From: a virus
Taxonomy: Duplodnaviria; Caudoviricetes
IMG/VR virus record: IMGVR_UViG_3300020470_002235
Span: 1 to 55,029 of that record
Strand: one strand, 5' to 3'
DNA length: 55,029 nt
Shown: piece by piece, positions 34,885-43,115 of the stretch
Layout: the number at the start of each line of letters is the position of its first letter
How positions within the stretch are numbered: position 1 is the stretch's first letter
Position numbers and translations under genes: made by a program
Notes under the pieces: model-generated
Told to the model about the DNA's origin: nothing
The model's input: the letters and a program-made list of their open reading frames with translations, nothing else
Databases searched by the model: none

Positions 34885-37395
34885 TTATCCGAAGAATGAA
34901 TCCAAACTTGCGACTGGTTCTACATTCCAACCAATTAAACTAATAATGTTTCGAAGTGGTTCAATAAAGGACTTATCAAACTGCATATCATAATCAACAT
35001 ATCCATTCAATTCAAATTCTCTTGGAAGAACATTGATAAACGATATGACGTTTTCGTTGATTGGATTTGGAACTGTAAGGTAAGTGAAGTGTATCTTATC
35101 ACTATTCTTTACGTTCTCATATCGTTTGTGGACGTTCTTCTTCTTGAGTAAGTGGTTATACAGTAATGCACCCCTAACGTGTATAGGTGTACCCTTACCA
35201 TAAATGTTTGTTGCATCTGAATATTGTGCAAGGTTATTACAACCTCTTGGTGATGCAATTTCTTCTACAGGTAGTGTTCTAAATTCCTTTCGTGCAGTCT
35301 CTACGAAGTCCCAAACTTCTTCTTCGGTTCCGTTCATGACAACCTGTAACACTTCAGTTAACTTTTTACGAACCCATTGTGGTGTACTGGACTTTGCAGT
35401 TTCAATCCCCATCATTTTTAGTTTAGGTTCTGCGAGTCGAACACCCTCATTATCTAATACATTGAGAATGTATCTTTTCTTTGCAGTCCATATTCCTCTA
35501 TCTGCAATCACCTCACGACCCATAACCATTTTCTGTTGGAATGCGTTAGTGTAATCTGCAAGGTCTTCATATCCATCAGTCAATACGTCTAGTATTTTAT
35601 TTTGACCAGCCTCATTTAGAAAATCGACAATCCTTGACTTGGGTGTACCTTCAGGAAATATCTCCTGTACCATTTTATCAAAAGTCACATAAATCGAATC
35701 GGTATCCATTGCGATTACATAATCTTCGTCTTCAGTACCTAAAACGTCATTCATGAAGTCGTTTATAGTGTTCTCTGCAGTCTTAATAATCATTTGACCT
35801 GCAGTAGTAATACCTTCTGCAAGATTAGGGTCAAAGAATGCGAAGTATTGATTCGCAAGAGCACCATATGCTGAGTTCAATGCAATCTTTCGAACCATTT
35901 GATTGTTGTTTGCTCTCTTAATAAGAGTATCGAGTTCTTTTCGTCTTGGTTTATCTGCACTCTGATATTCAATTTGATATTCAATCATTTTCCTTTTCCA
36001 GTCCTTTCTTTCTTCATAGAACTTTTCCATAAGTTCAGGAAGGAATCCTTGACGTTCTCTTGAAAACTTAACACCATTAGGTGTAACTGTACAATTCTGT
36101 TCTTTAAGTTCAGACAAGTCATGTTCTCTGTTTAATAACTTATCAATGTTCAAAGTCATAAGGTCACCCTTTATCATTTTCTCAGGTGAAACATTGTACT
36201 GCATAATAATATGTGGATACAGTGAGTTCAAATCAAATGATACAACCCAATCGTGTTTTCCAACAATAGGTTCTTTAACATACGCACCAACAATAGAATG
36301 GTGTTTTGTCTTCTCAAGTTTTTGTGGTGGTGTTTGAATTTTCTGTTCTTTAAGGAAGTTATAGATAATGGTTTCCCAATATTTTACCATACCAAAAGTA
36401 TCTGAATAATTACACTTCGCATTGTAAGCCATTGTCATGGTCAATTCCAATAGACCAAGTTTATCTTCTAGGTCTTCAACAAGTGTAACGTCTTTAACAT
36501 TGTATTCAAGATATAAAGAATAGTTGTTCTTGTAAAGTGTATGCAGGTTTCCATATTCAGAATAATCAATCTTTTGTTTATCCAATTCAAGGTGTGAAAT
36601 ATGGTCAAGTGAATATGATTCTTGATTTACAAATGTTCTTTGTTTGTATAGTGCCATGTAATCAATTACATTAACACCATATAGATTGAACACTACAACT
36701 TTGTTACCATAATTGTTAACGTAATCCCTTACGTCTGACATATTCCAAGGCGAAAACTTTTTATGTGAACCCTCTCCAAATAACTTATCAACACGATTAC
36801 AAAGATAAGTCATATCAAATGCATCAACATTCCAACCAGTAATTATATCAAAACTTTCTTTTCTCCAATACTTAATGAATGCTTCTAGTAAGAATGCTTC
36901 ATTTTCACATTCATGATAAACAACATTTTTAGGACATTCATTCCAAGGCCCAATACCAAAGGTATGTGCATTTTTTCTAAATGGTTTAATTGTGATTGCG
37001 TTGACTTTTTCTTCTGCGAGAGTTGGTTCAGGGAATCCATTTTCTGACTCACACTCAATGTCAAGTGTTGCGATTTTGATTTGGGTATAGTCCCATTCAA
37101 TATCACCATGAAACTTTTCTGCGATATAGGTGTAGATATACTTGTCATATCCATGAATTTCGAATCCATCGACTTGGTTGTATTGTTCACGGAATTTTCT
37201 TGCACCACCCATAGTGTCAAGATTGACTGGTTCTAGAGGTCTTCCGTCAAGAGAACGGAATGCTGTATCACCCTTTTTGGAAAGAACATAATGATTAGGT
37301 CTGTATGCGACCTTCATTAAATGTTGTTTATTTCCCTGATACCCTTTTACGAGTATTTTATCACGAGTACGACATACATTTGTATAAAAGTCCAT
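34885..37395 (-). CDS. gp43: family B DNA polymerase
   Basis: LDIE exonuclease motif, TGWN, SFDLNSLYP, KIALNSAYG, DTDS, KKRY; no intein-sized insert. Confidence 0.98.
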   Translation of the reverse strand: MDFYTNVCRTRDKILVKGYQGNKQHLMKVAYRPNHYVLSKKGDTAFRSLDGRPLEPVNLDTMGGARKFREQYNQVDGFEIHGYDKYIYTYIAEKFHGDIEWDYTQIKIATLDIECESENGFPEPTLAEEKVNAITIKPFRKNAHTFGIGPWNECPKNVVYHECENEAFLLEAFIKYWRKESFDIITGWNVDAFDMTYLCNRVDKLFGEGSHKKFSPWNMSDVRDYVNNYGNKVVVFNLYGVNVIDYMALYKQRTFVNQESYSLDHISHLELDKQKIDYSEYGNLHTLYKNNYSLYLEYNVKDVTLVEDLEDKLGLLELTMTMAYNAKCNYSDTFGMVKYWETIIYNFLKEQKIQTPPQKLEKTKHHSIVGAYVKEPIVGKHDWVVSFDLNSLYPHIIMQYNVSPEKMIKGDLMTLNIDKLLNREHDLSELKEQNCTVTPNGVKFSRERQGFLPELMEKFYEERKDWKRKMIEYQIEYQSADKPRRKELDTLIKRANNNQMVRKIALNSAYGALANQYFAFFDPNLAEGITTAGQMIIKTAENTINDFMNDVLGTEDEDYVIAMDTDSIYVTFDKMVQEIFPEGTPKSRIVDFLNEAGQNKILDVLTDGYEDLADYTNAFQQKMVMGREVIADRGIWTAKKRYILNVLDNEGVRLAEPKLKMMGIETAKSSTPQWVRKKLTEVLQVVMNGTEEEVWDFVETARKEFRTLPVEEIASPRGCNNLAQYSDATNIYGKGTPIHVRGALLYNHLLKKKNVHKRYENVKNSDKIHFTYLTVPNPINENVISFINVLPREFELNGYVDYDMQFDKSFIEPLRNIISLIGWNVEPVASLDSFFG

Positions 37396-37401
37396 AATAT
37401 A

Positions 37402-37430
37402 ATTATACTACAGACTATGTTATTCTACAA
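37402..37430 (-). promoter_or_regulatory. sigma70-like promoter of gp43
   Basis: TTGTAG-N17-TATAAT, ending 6 nt before the ATG. Confidence 0.55.
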
Positions 37431-37680
37431 GATGTTTTGGTGCTGATGGGTGCAATAATTTCTTAACTGCATCAAGTTTGTCTTGTGCATCTGCAAGTTT
37501 AGTTACTTCCATATCCATTGCACCAACTACATCAGGGTGTTCCCCAATACCAGCTGGATTTGATTGAAAGACTTCGATATTTGCCTTTGCAGTTGCAATA
37601 TCACCCTCGTATTTCTTTTCTAATGCTCTTAATAAATCTGCCATATTAATTTCCTGTTGCGACTTTGTAATTTGTTTCAA
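37420..37680 (-). CDS. small helical protein (start probably MADLL, about 37644)
   Basis: NPAGIGEHPD motif. Confidence 0.7.
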   Translation of the reverse strand: MKQITKSQQEINMADLLRALEKKYEGDIATAKANIEVFQSNPAGIGEHPDVVGAMDMEVTKLADAQDKLDAVKKLLHPSAPKHLVE

Positions 37681-37921
37681 GATTTGGTCTAACCTTGAAC
37701 ATGGTTACTATTTGTTTTTTTGGTATTACAAAGTTATATTCTCTTGCGTACGGTAACCATGTCGCAAGATTAATCTCCATTCTATCTTCTACTACTTGTT
37801 GCACACATAATTGTGCATCTTGAATCAAAATGGTATTACTAAAAATGGATTCGGTAACATAACCTATGATTACCTCTCCCCCTAAAAGTTTTACTGCCTT
37901 TATTTCTGTAGTACTAAACAC
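37646..37921 (-). CDS. small beta-rich (Sm-like) hypothetical protein
   Basis: VKLLGGEVIIG and WLPY. Confidence 0.6.
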   Translation of the reverse strand: MFSTTEIKAVKLLGGEVIIGYVTESIFSNTILIQDAQLCVQQVVEDRMEINLATWLPYAREYNFVIPKKQIVTMFKVRPNLETNYKVATGN

Positions 37922-38372
37922 AACCCAAAACTAGTTCCTGTAATTCTTTAGACCTTCGACCAACCTGACCAAACCATCTAGAATCTTCCATTTCGACTGC
38001 GACTCTTTTCCAATCTTCTTCTATAACTGCAGCCCACATATTGTTGAATTTTGCAAACCTAGTTCCACCAAGATTGAAAGTCATGTTAACTAAAACGTGT
38101 TGAATATCTTCAGGAAGTGCATAAAAATCTTCTCCACCTTTTCCTTGAAACACATGGATTGTTTCTTCAACGTGTTTATTAAAATCTGATTCATAGTATT
38201 CATCGACTGTTTCTTGACTTACTGGTGTCCCTGCAGGTTGTCCGTGTTCAGGGTCGTCTTCTTTAATAAGATGTCCAACACCTAGTGTTAAATATCCTAG
38301 TGAATCTGCGTATACTTCGAGGACTTCTCCCTCGTGTCTTTTAATCTGTTCCTTTAGAATCTCTTTGTTCAT
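37914..38372 (-). CDS. T4-type lysozyme (GH24)
   Basis: HEG-x5-YADSLGYLTLGVGHL (E-D-T triad), NMTFNLG, SRWFGQVGRR; start revised to MNKEIL. Confidence 0.92.
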   Translation of the reverse strand: MNKEILKEQIKRHEGEVLEVYADSLGYLTLGVGHLIKEDDPEHGQPAGTPVSQETVDEYYESDFNKHVEETIHVFQGKGGEDFYALPEDIQHVLVNMTFNLGGTRFAKFNNMWAAVIEEDWKRVAVEMEDSRWFGQVGRRSKELQELVLGCV

Positions 38373-38673
38373 TCTTCTCTCTCTCCGCTTGGTGTTCGAT
38401 GAGTTCAACCAATATATCACCCATCAGTGTATTTAATTCCTCAATATTTAGTAGTCCTTTTAGGTACTCTTCACTAGGTTCTACTCCATGAGGAACTCTT
38501 CTTATTGTTCTTTGAAAATTGAGATGAGGTGTTCCGTCTTCCATTTGTACTTTGCCGTACTGATATACTAAACCGTCCCATTCACCACCCTGTAATTCTA
38601 TACCTGCAGTTTTATCATCAGGATTCTCTACAACTCTGTAGACCCCTTCGTCAAATAATTTTCTAGTCGTCAT
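38341..38673 (-). CDS. hypothetical protein
   Basis: GLVYQYGKV and MGDILVELI. Confidence 0.7.
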   Translation of the reverse strand: MTTRKLFDEGVYRVVENPDDKTAGIELQGGEWDGLVYQYGKVQMEDGTPHLNFQRTIRRVPHGVEPSEEYLKGLLNIEELNTLMGDILVELIEHQAEREKNEQRDSKGTD

Positions 38674-39331
38674 TACAAAATGCGATATGGTTTTTACTAT
38701 ATCTTCCTAATCTCTTATACTGTTCATGTACATTACTGAATGAATGTCTCAATCCTTTAATGTAATGTTCATAATTTCTTTGAGTTACAAATGCGTTAAA
38801 GGCAATATAACCCTTGTTAATCTTATTTAGGTTTTCATAAAATTCTGTTGACCTAATCTCTTCAGGCATTCCTTTCGGCCCAGCTATATCAACAAAAATA
38901 TAATCATACTGCGTGGTGCAGGTTTCTACGAACTCAAATGCATCACCAATAACACAAGTAATTCTATCGTCATTAGGCATATGGAAATAGGTTTCTCCTA
39001 TATGTCTAAGGTCAAATATATCAACACTAGTGATATTCATTTGTGTATTTCTATGCAGGTAAGACGGGATAACTCCACCACCAGTTCCTAGAACTAATGC
39101 ACGTTGTTCAACTGTAGGAAGGAAAGGTAGTGTCTTGCGATACTGAAGAACTTCAACCATTTCTTTAGCATAAGTCTTTTGTAATTCATGAGGATATTTC
39201 TTCTTCAATGAAGTTTGATTCAACACACCATCAAACTCTAAAATTATACACTGTTGAGTTTCTCTAACTGCAATCTCAACACCATTTACTATTTCTTTAT
39301 AAATTATTTCACTCATAAATTCTAACTCCAA
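38663..39331 (-). CDS. spermidine-synthase-like SAM/dcSAM-dependent transferase
   Basis: ALVLGTGGG, SVDI, GDAF, YDYIFVD; paralog of the C-half of 1547-2878. Confidence 0.75.
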   Translation of the reverse strand: MELEFMSEIIYKEIVNGVEIAVRETQQCIILEFDGVLNQTSLKKKYPHELQKTYAKEMVEVLQYRKTLPFLPTVEQRALVLGTGGGVIPSYLHRNTQMNITSVDIFDLRHIGETYFHMPNDDRITCVIGDAFEFVETCTTQYDYIFVDIAGPKGMPEEIRSTEFYENLNKINKGYIAFNAFVTQRNYEHYIKGLRHSFSNVHEQYKRLGRYSKNHIAFCNDD

Positions 39332-40355
39332 ATGAACAATCGTTCATAATTGATTTATGGATACCTAGAGACGCTTTTCTTGTTCCCATAGCTCCACCTG
39401 CAAATGTATCTACAACTTCCCTTTCTTGTAAATCTCTCATTGTTACATAGTGCATATACGCACCAATTCTTTTTCTAACCTCTTCAGGTACTTCAACTTC
39501 TTCTTCAAATACCATATGGTCAATAGACTTGTTTACTAATTGATACCCAATTTTCTCATTTAGTAAAAGGTACACAATCAATCCTACAGGTACATCACCA
39601 TATTCAAACAAATAATATTCAACTGAAGGGTCATTCCAATATTCATATTTGGTAATTGCATCTGACATTCCTTTAGATAACCATTTAGTCTTTTCAACGT
39701 CTCTCTTCCAAGTTAAGAATGCATTGTTTATCTTTTCAACTACACCATCAGGTTGGTTTAATTTTCTATAAGAGACTTCAGGATTTTTTAGTAATCTATT
39801 AACACCCTTTTTGGTTCTCCACCTGTTATTCATTTTTTCCATGTTAGTATCAACATGAGAATAATAATTATAAGTTTCAAATTCAGTATGCAATTCTAAT
39901 CCTTTCTTTTCAATCCATAATGATTCTTGTTCATTACCTAAGAATTTTTTACATACATTCTCTCTCAATGCATCGAATACTAATTCTTCATTTAGTAATG
40001 AACCACTTGCACTGATTGGTAATCCTTCAAGTCTTTTATAAATGTGTTGGAACATTTGAACGTGTTTCAGTACTATCACGACCAAGTCTTCCCCAACACT
40101 TACTGTCGCAACTTTTCTTTGCCATTCATTTTTAATCTTATGATATTCGTGAACATATTCTGAAGGAAGTAATCCTTCATAACCATATCTCATTCTTCTT
40201 TGATACTGATAAAAATCTATAAACTTTTTACTGGAAGGTTCCTTGAGAGATAAACACATATCATTAAAGAATAATGAAGGGTCTACTGTTTTTAATGCCT
40301 CTATATCGATGCAGGGAATAGCTTCGAAAGGGTTCAACTCATCCAAAAAACTCAT
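39309..40355 (-). CDS. tandem-GNAT protein resembling DUF2156 / aminoacyl-tRNA-dependent transferases
   Basis: LPI, YNYY, RWRTKKGVNRL, GDVPVGLIV..LLNE....LVNKS and GAMG...SLGIHK line up by eye with the DUF2156 pattern. Confidence 0.55.
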   Translation of the reverse strand: MSFLDELNPFEAIPCIDIEALKTVDPSLFFNDMCLSLKEPSSKKFIDFYQYQRRMRYGYEGLLPSEYVHEYHKIKNEWQRKVATVSVGEDLVVIVLKHVQMFQHIYKRLEGLPISASGSLLNEELVFDALRENVCKKFLGNEQESLWIEKKGLELHTEFETYNYYSHVDTNMEKMNNRWRTKKGVNRLLKNPEVSYRKLNQPDGVVEKINNAFLTWKRDVEKTKWLSKGMSDAITKYEYWNDPSVEYYLFEYGDVPVGLIVYLLLNEKIGYQLVNKSIDHMVFEEEVEVPEEVRKRIGAYMHYVTMRDLQEREVVDTFAGGAMGTRKASLGIHKSIMNDCSFGVRIYE

Positions 40356-41703
40356 CTAGTGTACTCACTCTTGCATCTTTAAAAAAATCTCGAGCTACAC
40401 CTTTTGAAAAACACCAAATATTTTCAATGTAATATTTCTTCATGAACTCGTCCATTGCTTCTTTGTCAAAATTTCCGTCTTCATCTTTGAATACAGATTT
40501 ACCTTGAGGTCTCTGCATGATTCTCATTCCAATCTGACCGTCAAAAAATTCTTCTCCAATATGTCTGATTACTTCGTCTCCTGACCTGTATCTAACACCA
40601 TTGATTTTTGGGTCTAGAATGTTTATGTATAACACTCCACCATTTGCAAGTACATCAAAAGACGCTTGTGCAACTGGTAAATAGAACTCGTCTCTCCACG
40701 CATTATACTCATTAAACTTTGACCATGATTGGTCTTCTTCATGTTCTCCACCCTCATTATATCTCTCTGTTGAAAAATATGGTGGTGAAGTGAATGCACA
40801 ATCGATTGGTGGAAGGTTATTATAATTTAAATCTTCTGCACCACATCTATAAATCTCAACTTCCTTTGAACCAATACAAGCGAAGTAATCTTCTTGTTCA
40901 ACTAATTCAGGTTCTTTACCTGTAAGAATCTTTTCATATGTAATACATTGTTTTTTGTATCTTTCAAATGTCGCAGGGTTTGGGTCTGTTCCTATATAAC
41001 GTTTTGTGTAATTCCCTGCATAAAAACCACATAGTCTGTCACCCCAACCACAAGAAGTATCAAGTACTGTTTCACTCCTAGTGTTGTCATAGATAGATTT
41101 TGCAACAAGTGGTTTGAACTGCGTTGCAATGTATGTTCCCAATCTGAATGCAGAAATGTAAGATTTTTCATCCAACTTTCCACCCATGAGTTCTTCCTGT
41201 CCTTCAACTTGTACTTTTTGTACACCATTGATTCCTCTCCAAATAGGCCCTAAACATCTCCAAATTTCTTTAGAGGTTCCTTCTTCCCAAACTTTTACTG
41301 GTGGTTGGAAACCATAACTTCCACACGCAAGTCTTAAGTCTTGGTGAAAGAAGTTTGATGCATCACTATGAGTAGATGCACAATCAATTAAACCCATACC
41401 CCACTGGTCAAAATCAAAAGTATAATCGTCATACTTTTCCATGACCTCTTGTTCTAGGTTATCTGTAGGTGTGATACATTTACTAGTATCATAATCTCTG
41501 AGTGCAAGAAACATTTCACGCATTCTTTCGAATGAAATTTTCTTAAAAGGGAATGGTGGTCTGTTTTCTGCAATGAAATCTGCGAGTGCTAAACGAAATT
41601 CTTCCTTACCATATTCTTTGGTAATTGCATCAAAAAGGTTACCGTCTAATATAGGTAACCCTTCTGAATTTACATTGTCGGATAGAATTTGTTTTAGAGA
41701 CAC
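40339..41703 (-). CDS. amino (N4-C/N6-A) DNA methyltransferase-like protein
   Basis: VLDTSCGWGDRL SAM motif, GTDPN, FTSPPYF catalytic motif. Confidence 0.85.
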   Translation of the reverse strand: MSLKQILSDNVNSEGLPILDGNLFDAITKEYGKEEFRLALADFIAENRPPFPFKKISFERMREMFLALRDYDTSKCITPTDNLEQEVMEKYDDYTFDFDQWGMGLIDCASTHSDASNFFHQDLRLACGSYGFQPPVKVWEEGTSKEIWRCLGPIWRGINGVQKVQVEGQEELMGGKLDEKSYISAFRLGTYIATQFKPLVAKSIYDNTRSETVLDTSCGWGDRLCGFYAGNYTKRYIGTDPNPATFERYKKQCITYEKILTGKEPELVEQEDYFACIGSKEVEIYRCGAEDLNYNNLPPIDCAFTSPPYFSTERYNEGGEHEEDQSWSKFNEYNAWRDEFYLPVAQASFDVLANGGVLYINILDPKINGVRYRSGDEVIRHIGEEFFDGQIGMRIMQRPQGKSVFKDEDGNFDKEAMDEFMKKYYIENIWCFSKGVARDFFKDARVSTLDEFFG

Positions 41704-42245
41704 TATCTACTTGTTCCAAGATATTCCATTACAGTTTCTGCATCAGAAATTTCGAATGGGTCGGTTCCAATATCATCACCAAAACCTTCTTCGATAAACA
41801 TCTTTTCAACTTTACCGTCATTTAAGACAGCTGCATATCTCCAAGACCTCATACCAAATCCTAGATTTGATTTTCTGACTTCTGCACCAAACTTATGCGT
41901 GAACTCTCCATTTCCATCAGGAAGGAAAGTTATATCTGTTGCTCCTAAAGAGTCTCTCCATTCATTCATAACAAAAGTGTCATTTACTGAAATACAGTAA
42001 ATTCCGTCAATCTGTAATGTTTGGAATTTTTTAAAGTTTTCCTGAAAACCAGGCACTTGTTGTGTACTGCAAGTTGGTGTAAATGCACCAGGCAATCCAA
42101 ATATGATTACTCTCTTACCTGCAAACTCTTCTGTAGTGTTGATATTACTCCACTCTCCGTCTACACGAACTGGAAAATCAACATTAGGAACTTCTTGACC
42201 TACTTCAATAGGCAGTCCCATTTCTGCGTTATTATCACTTGACAT
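41703..42245 (-). CDS. Prx5-type peroxiredoxin
   Basis: LPGAFTPTCS, SVNDTFVM, DGNGEFT, RSWRYA. Confidence 0.93.
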   Translation of the reverse strand: MSSDNNAEMGLPIEVGQEVPNVDFPVRVDGEWSNINTTEEFAGKRVIIFGLPGAFTPTCSTQQVPGFQENFKKFQTLQIDGIYCISVNDTFVMNEWRDSLGATDITFLPDGNGEFTHKFGAEVRKSNLGFGMRSWRYAAVLNDGKVEKMFIEEGFGDDIGTDPFEISDAETVMEYLGTSR

Positions 42246-42276
42246 ATTTTACTCCATAATATAAAAAGATACACCC

Positions 42277-42306
42277 ATTATACTACATAACAGGTGTATC
42301 TGTAAG
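42277..42306 (-). promoter_or_regulatory. sigma70-like promoter
   Basis: AAAACCC-CTTACA-N18-TATAAT. Confidence 0.55.
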
Positions 42307-42313
42307 GGGTTTT

Positions 42314-42739
42314 TTAAGAAATTTTGATTTCTTGAGGTTTGTCTTCTTCAGGTACAATCCTTTCCAAAGAGACACTCAAAATACCATTCTTTAAATCTGC
42401 ACCTTTAACGATTATATCGTCTGCAAGTGTGAATGTTCTTCTGAATGAACGTGATGCAAGTCCTTTGTGGACATAATCAAGTTCGTCTCCTTCCTCTTGT
42501 TTACCTTCTATTGAAAGAAGTTCTTTCTCTTTTGAGATTGAAATTTCTTTCTTGGTAAATCCAGCTACTGCAAGTTCAACAGAAAAGTTTTCTGCATCAT
42601 GTTTTACAATATTGTAAGGTGGATAGTTTACATTAGAGTGCGTGTCTGCACGTTCTAATAATTGAAGAGTTCTGTCGAACCCGATTGCGAATGGGAAAGT
42701 TGTTGTGAATTTCCCGAAGACATCATCGAAGTGTGTCAT
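42314..42739 (-). CDS. hsp20: small heat-shock protein (IbpA-like)
   Basis: NYPPYNI, ELAVAGF, HKGLASRSFRRTF, ADLKNGILSV. Confidence 0.95.
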   Translation of the reverse strand: MTHFDDVFGKFTTTFPFAIGFDRTLQLLERADTHSNVNYPPYNIVKHDAENFSVELAVAGFTKKEISISKEKELLSIEGKQEEGDELDYVHKGLASRSFRRTFTLADDIIVKGADLKNGILSVSLERIVPEEDKPQEIKIS

Positions 42740-42770
42740 AAGTTTCTCCTTTTTTAAGCAAGTTAATATT

Positions 42771-43060
42771 CTAGTCCTCTTATGAGCAACTAGGGCGTAT
42801 GAATCTCTTTGTAACCGAGCTCTTTTTAAGTCCCCTTGTATCCGTCTTACGACTTCAACCCAGTTCCCGAGCTCTTTTCAAGTCACAAAGAGTTCATACT
42901 AAAGTGGAAACTCAGCACGACCTGTTAGCTTCCTAGTTGGGACTCTCCTGACTCAAACATGGAAAGGAATCTATCCCGTGTTGTGGGTTTCCTGTCCGTA
43001 CGGTAACTTAAATACTAGTACTTCTTATCTACCCTTGCTCTCCATTATTATGAATCGCAA
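42771..43060 (-). ncRNA. candidate structured non-coding RNA or long hsp20 leader
   Basis: no sizeable ORF; three stem-loops (42771-42793, 42797-42899, 42906-42992); promoters directly upstream. Confidence 0.6.
42815..42884. repeat. 18-nt direct repeat, 2 copies, 17/18 identical
   Basis: CCGAGCTCTTTT(T/C)AAGTC at 42815-42832 and 42867-42884. Confidence 0.9.
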
Positions 43061-43064
43061 ATAG

Positions 43065-43072
43065 TATTTATA
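43065..43072 (-). promoter_or_regulatory. T4-type late promoter
   Basis: TATAAATA on the minus strand; the TAAATA core recurs before many late genes (20355, 23625, 27812, 31239, 34395, 34882, 50088, 53035). Confidence 0.75.
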
Positions 43073-43087
43073 CAACTTATAGGCCTA

Positions 43088-43115
43088 TTATAAGGTTTTT
43101 TTCAAATATTTCAAG
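43088..43115 (-). promoter_or_regulatory. sigma32-like (or sigma70) promoter upstream of the ncRNA and hsp20
   Basis: CTTGAAA-N13-CCTTATAA compared with the sigma32 consensus CTTGAAA-N13/14-CCCCATNT. Confidence 0.45.

Noticed and set aside
11886-37395. Introns or inteins in nrdA, nrdB, gp41 or gp43
   Set aside because: All are uninterrupted and of normal length, with no intein terminal motifs
38663-39331. Bona fide speE spermidine synthase
   Set aside because: The similarity covers the Rossmann motifs only and no SAM decarboxylase is in the window, so the substrate is left open and no gene symbol is given
42815-42884. Direct repeat pair 52 nt apart considered as a mini CRISPR array
   Set aside because: Only two 18-nt copies, no cas genes in the window, and the copies are better explained as arms of one hairpin
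42906-42992. Possible SRP RNA, 6S RNA or tmRNA
   Set aside because: UCAGG...AGGAAGC only loosely recalls SRP helix 8 and lacks the GNRA-capped stem; no tRNA-like ends or tag ORF; no clear 6S central bubble
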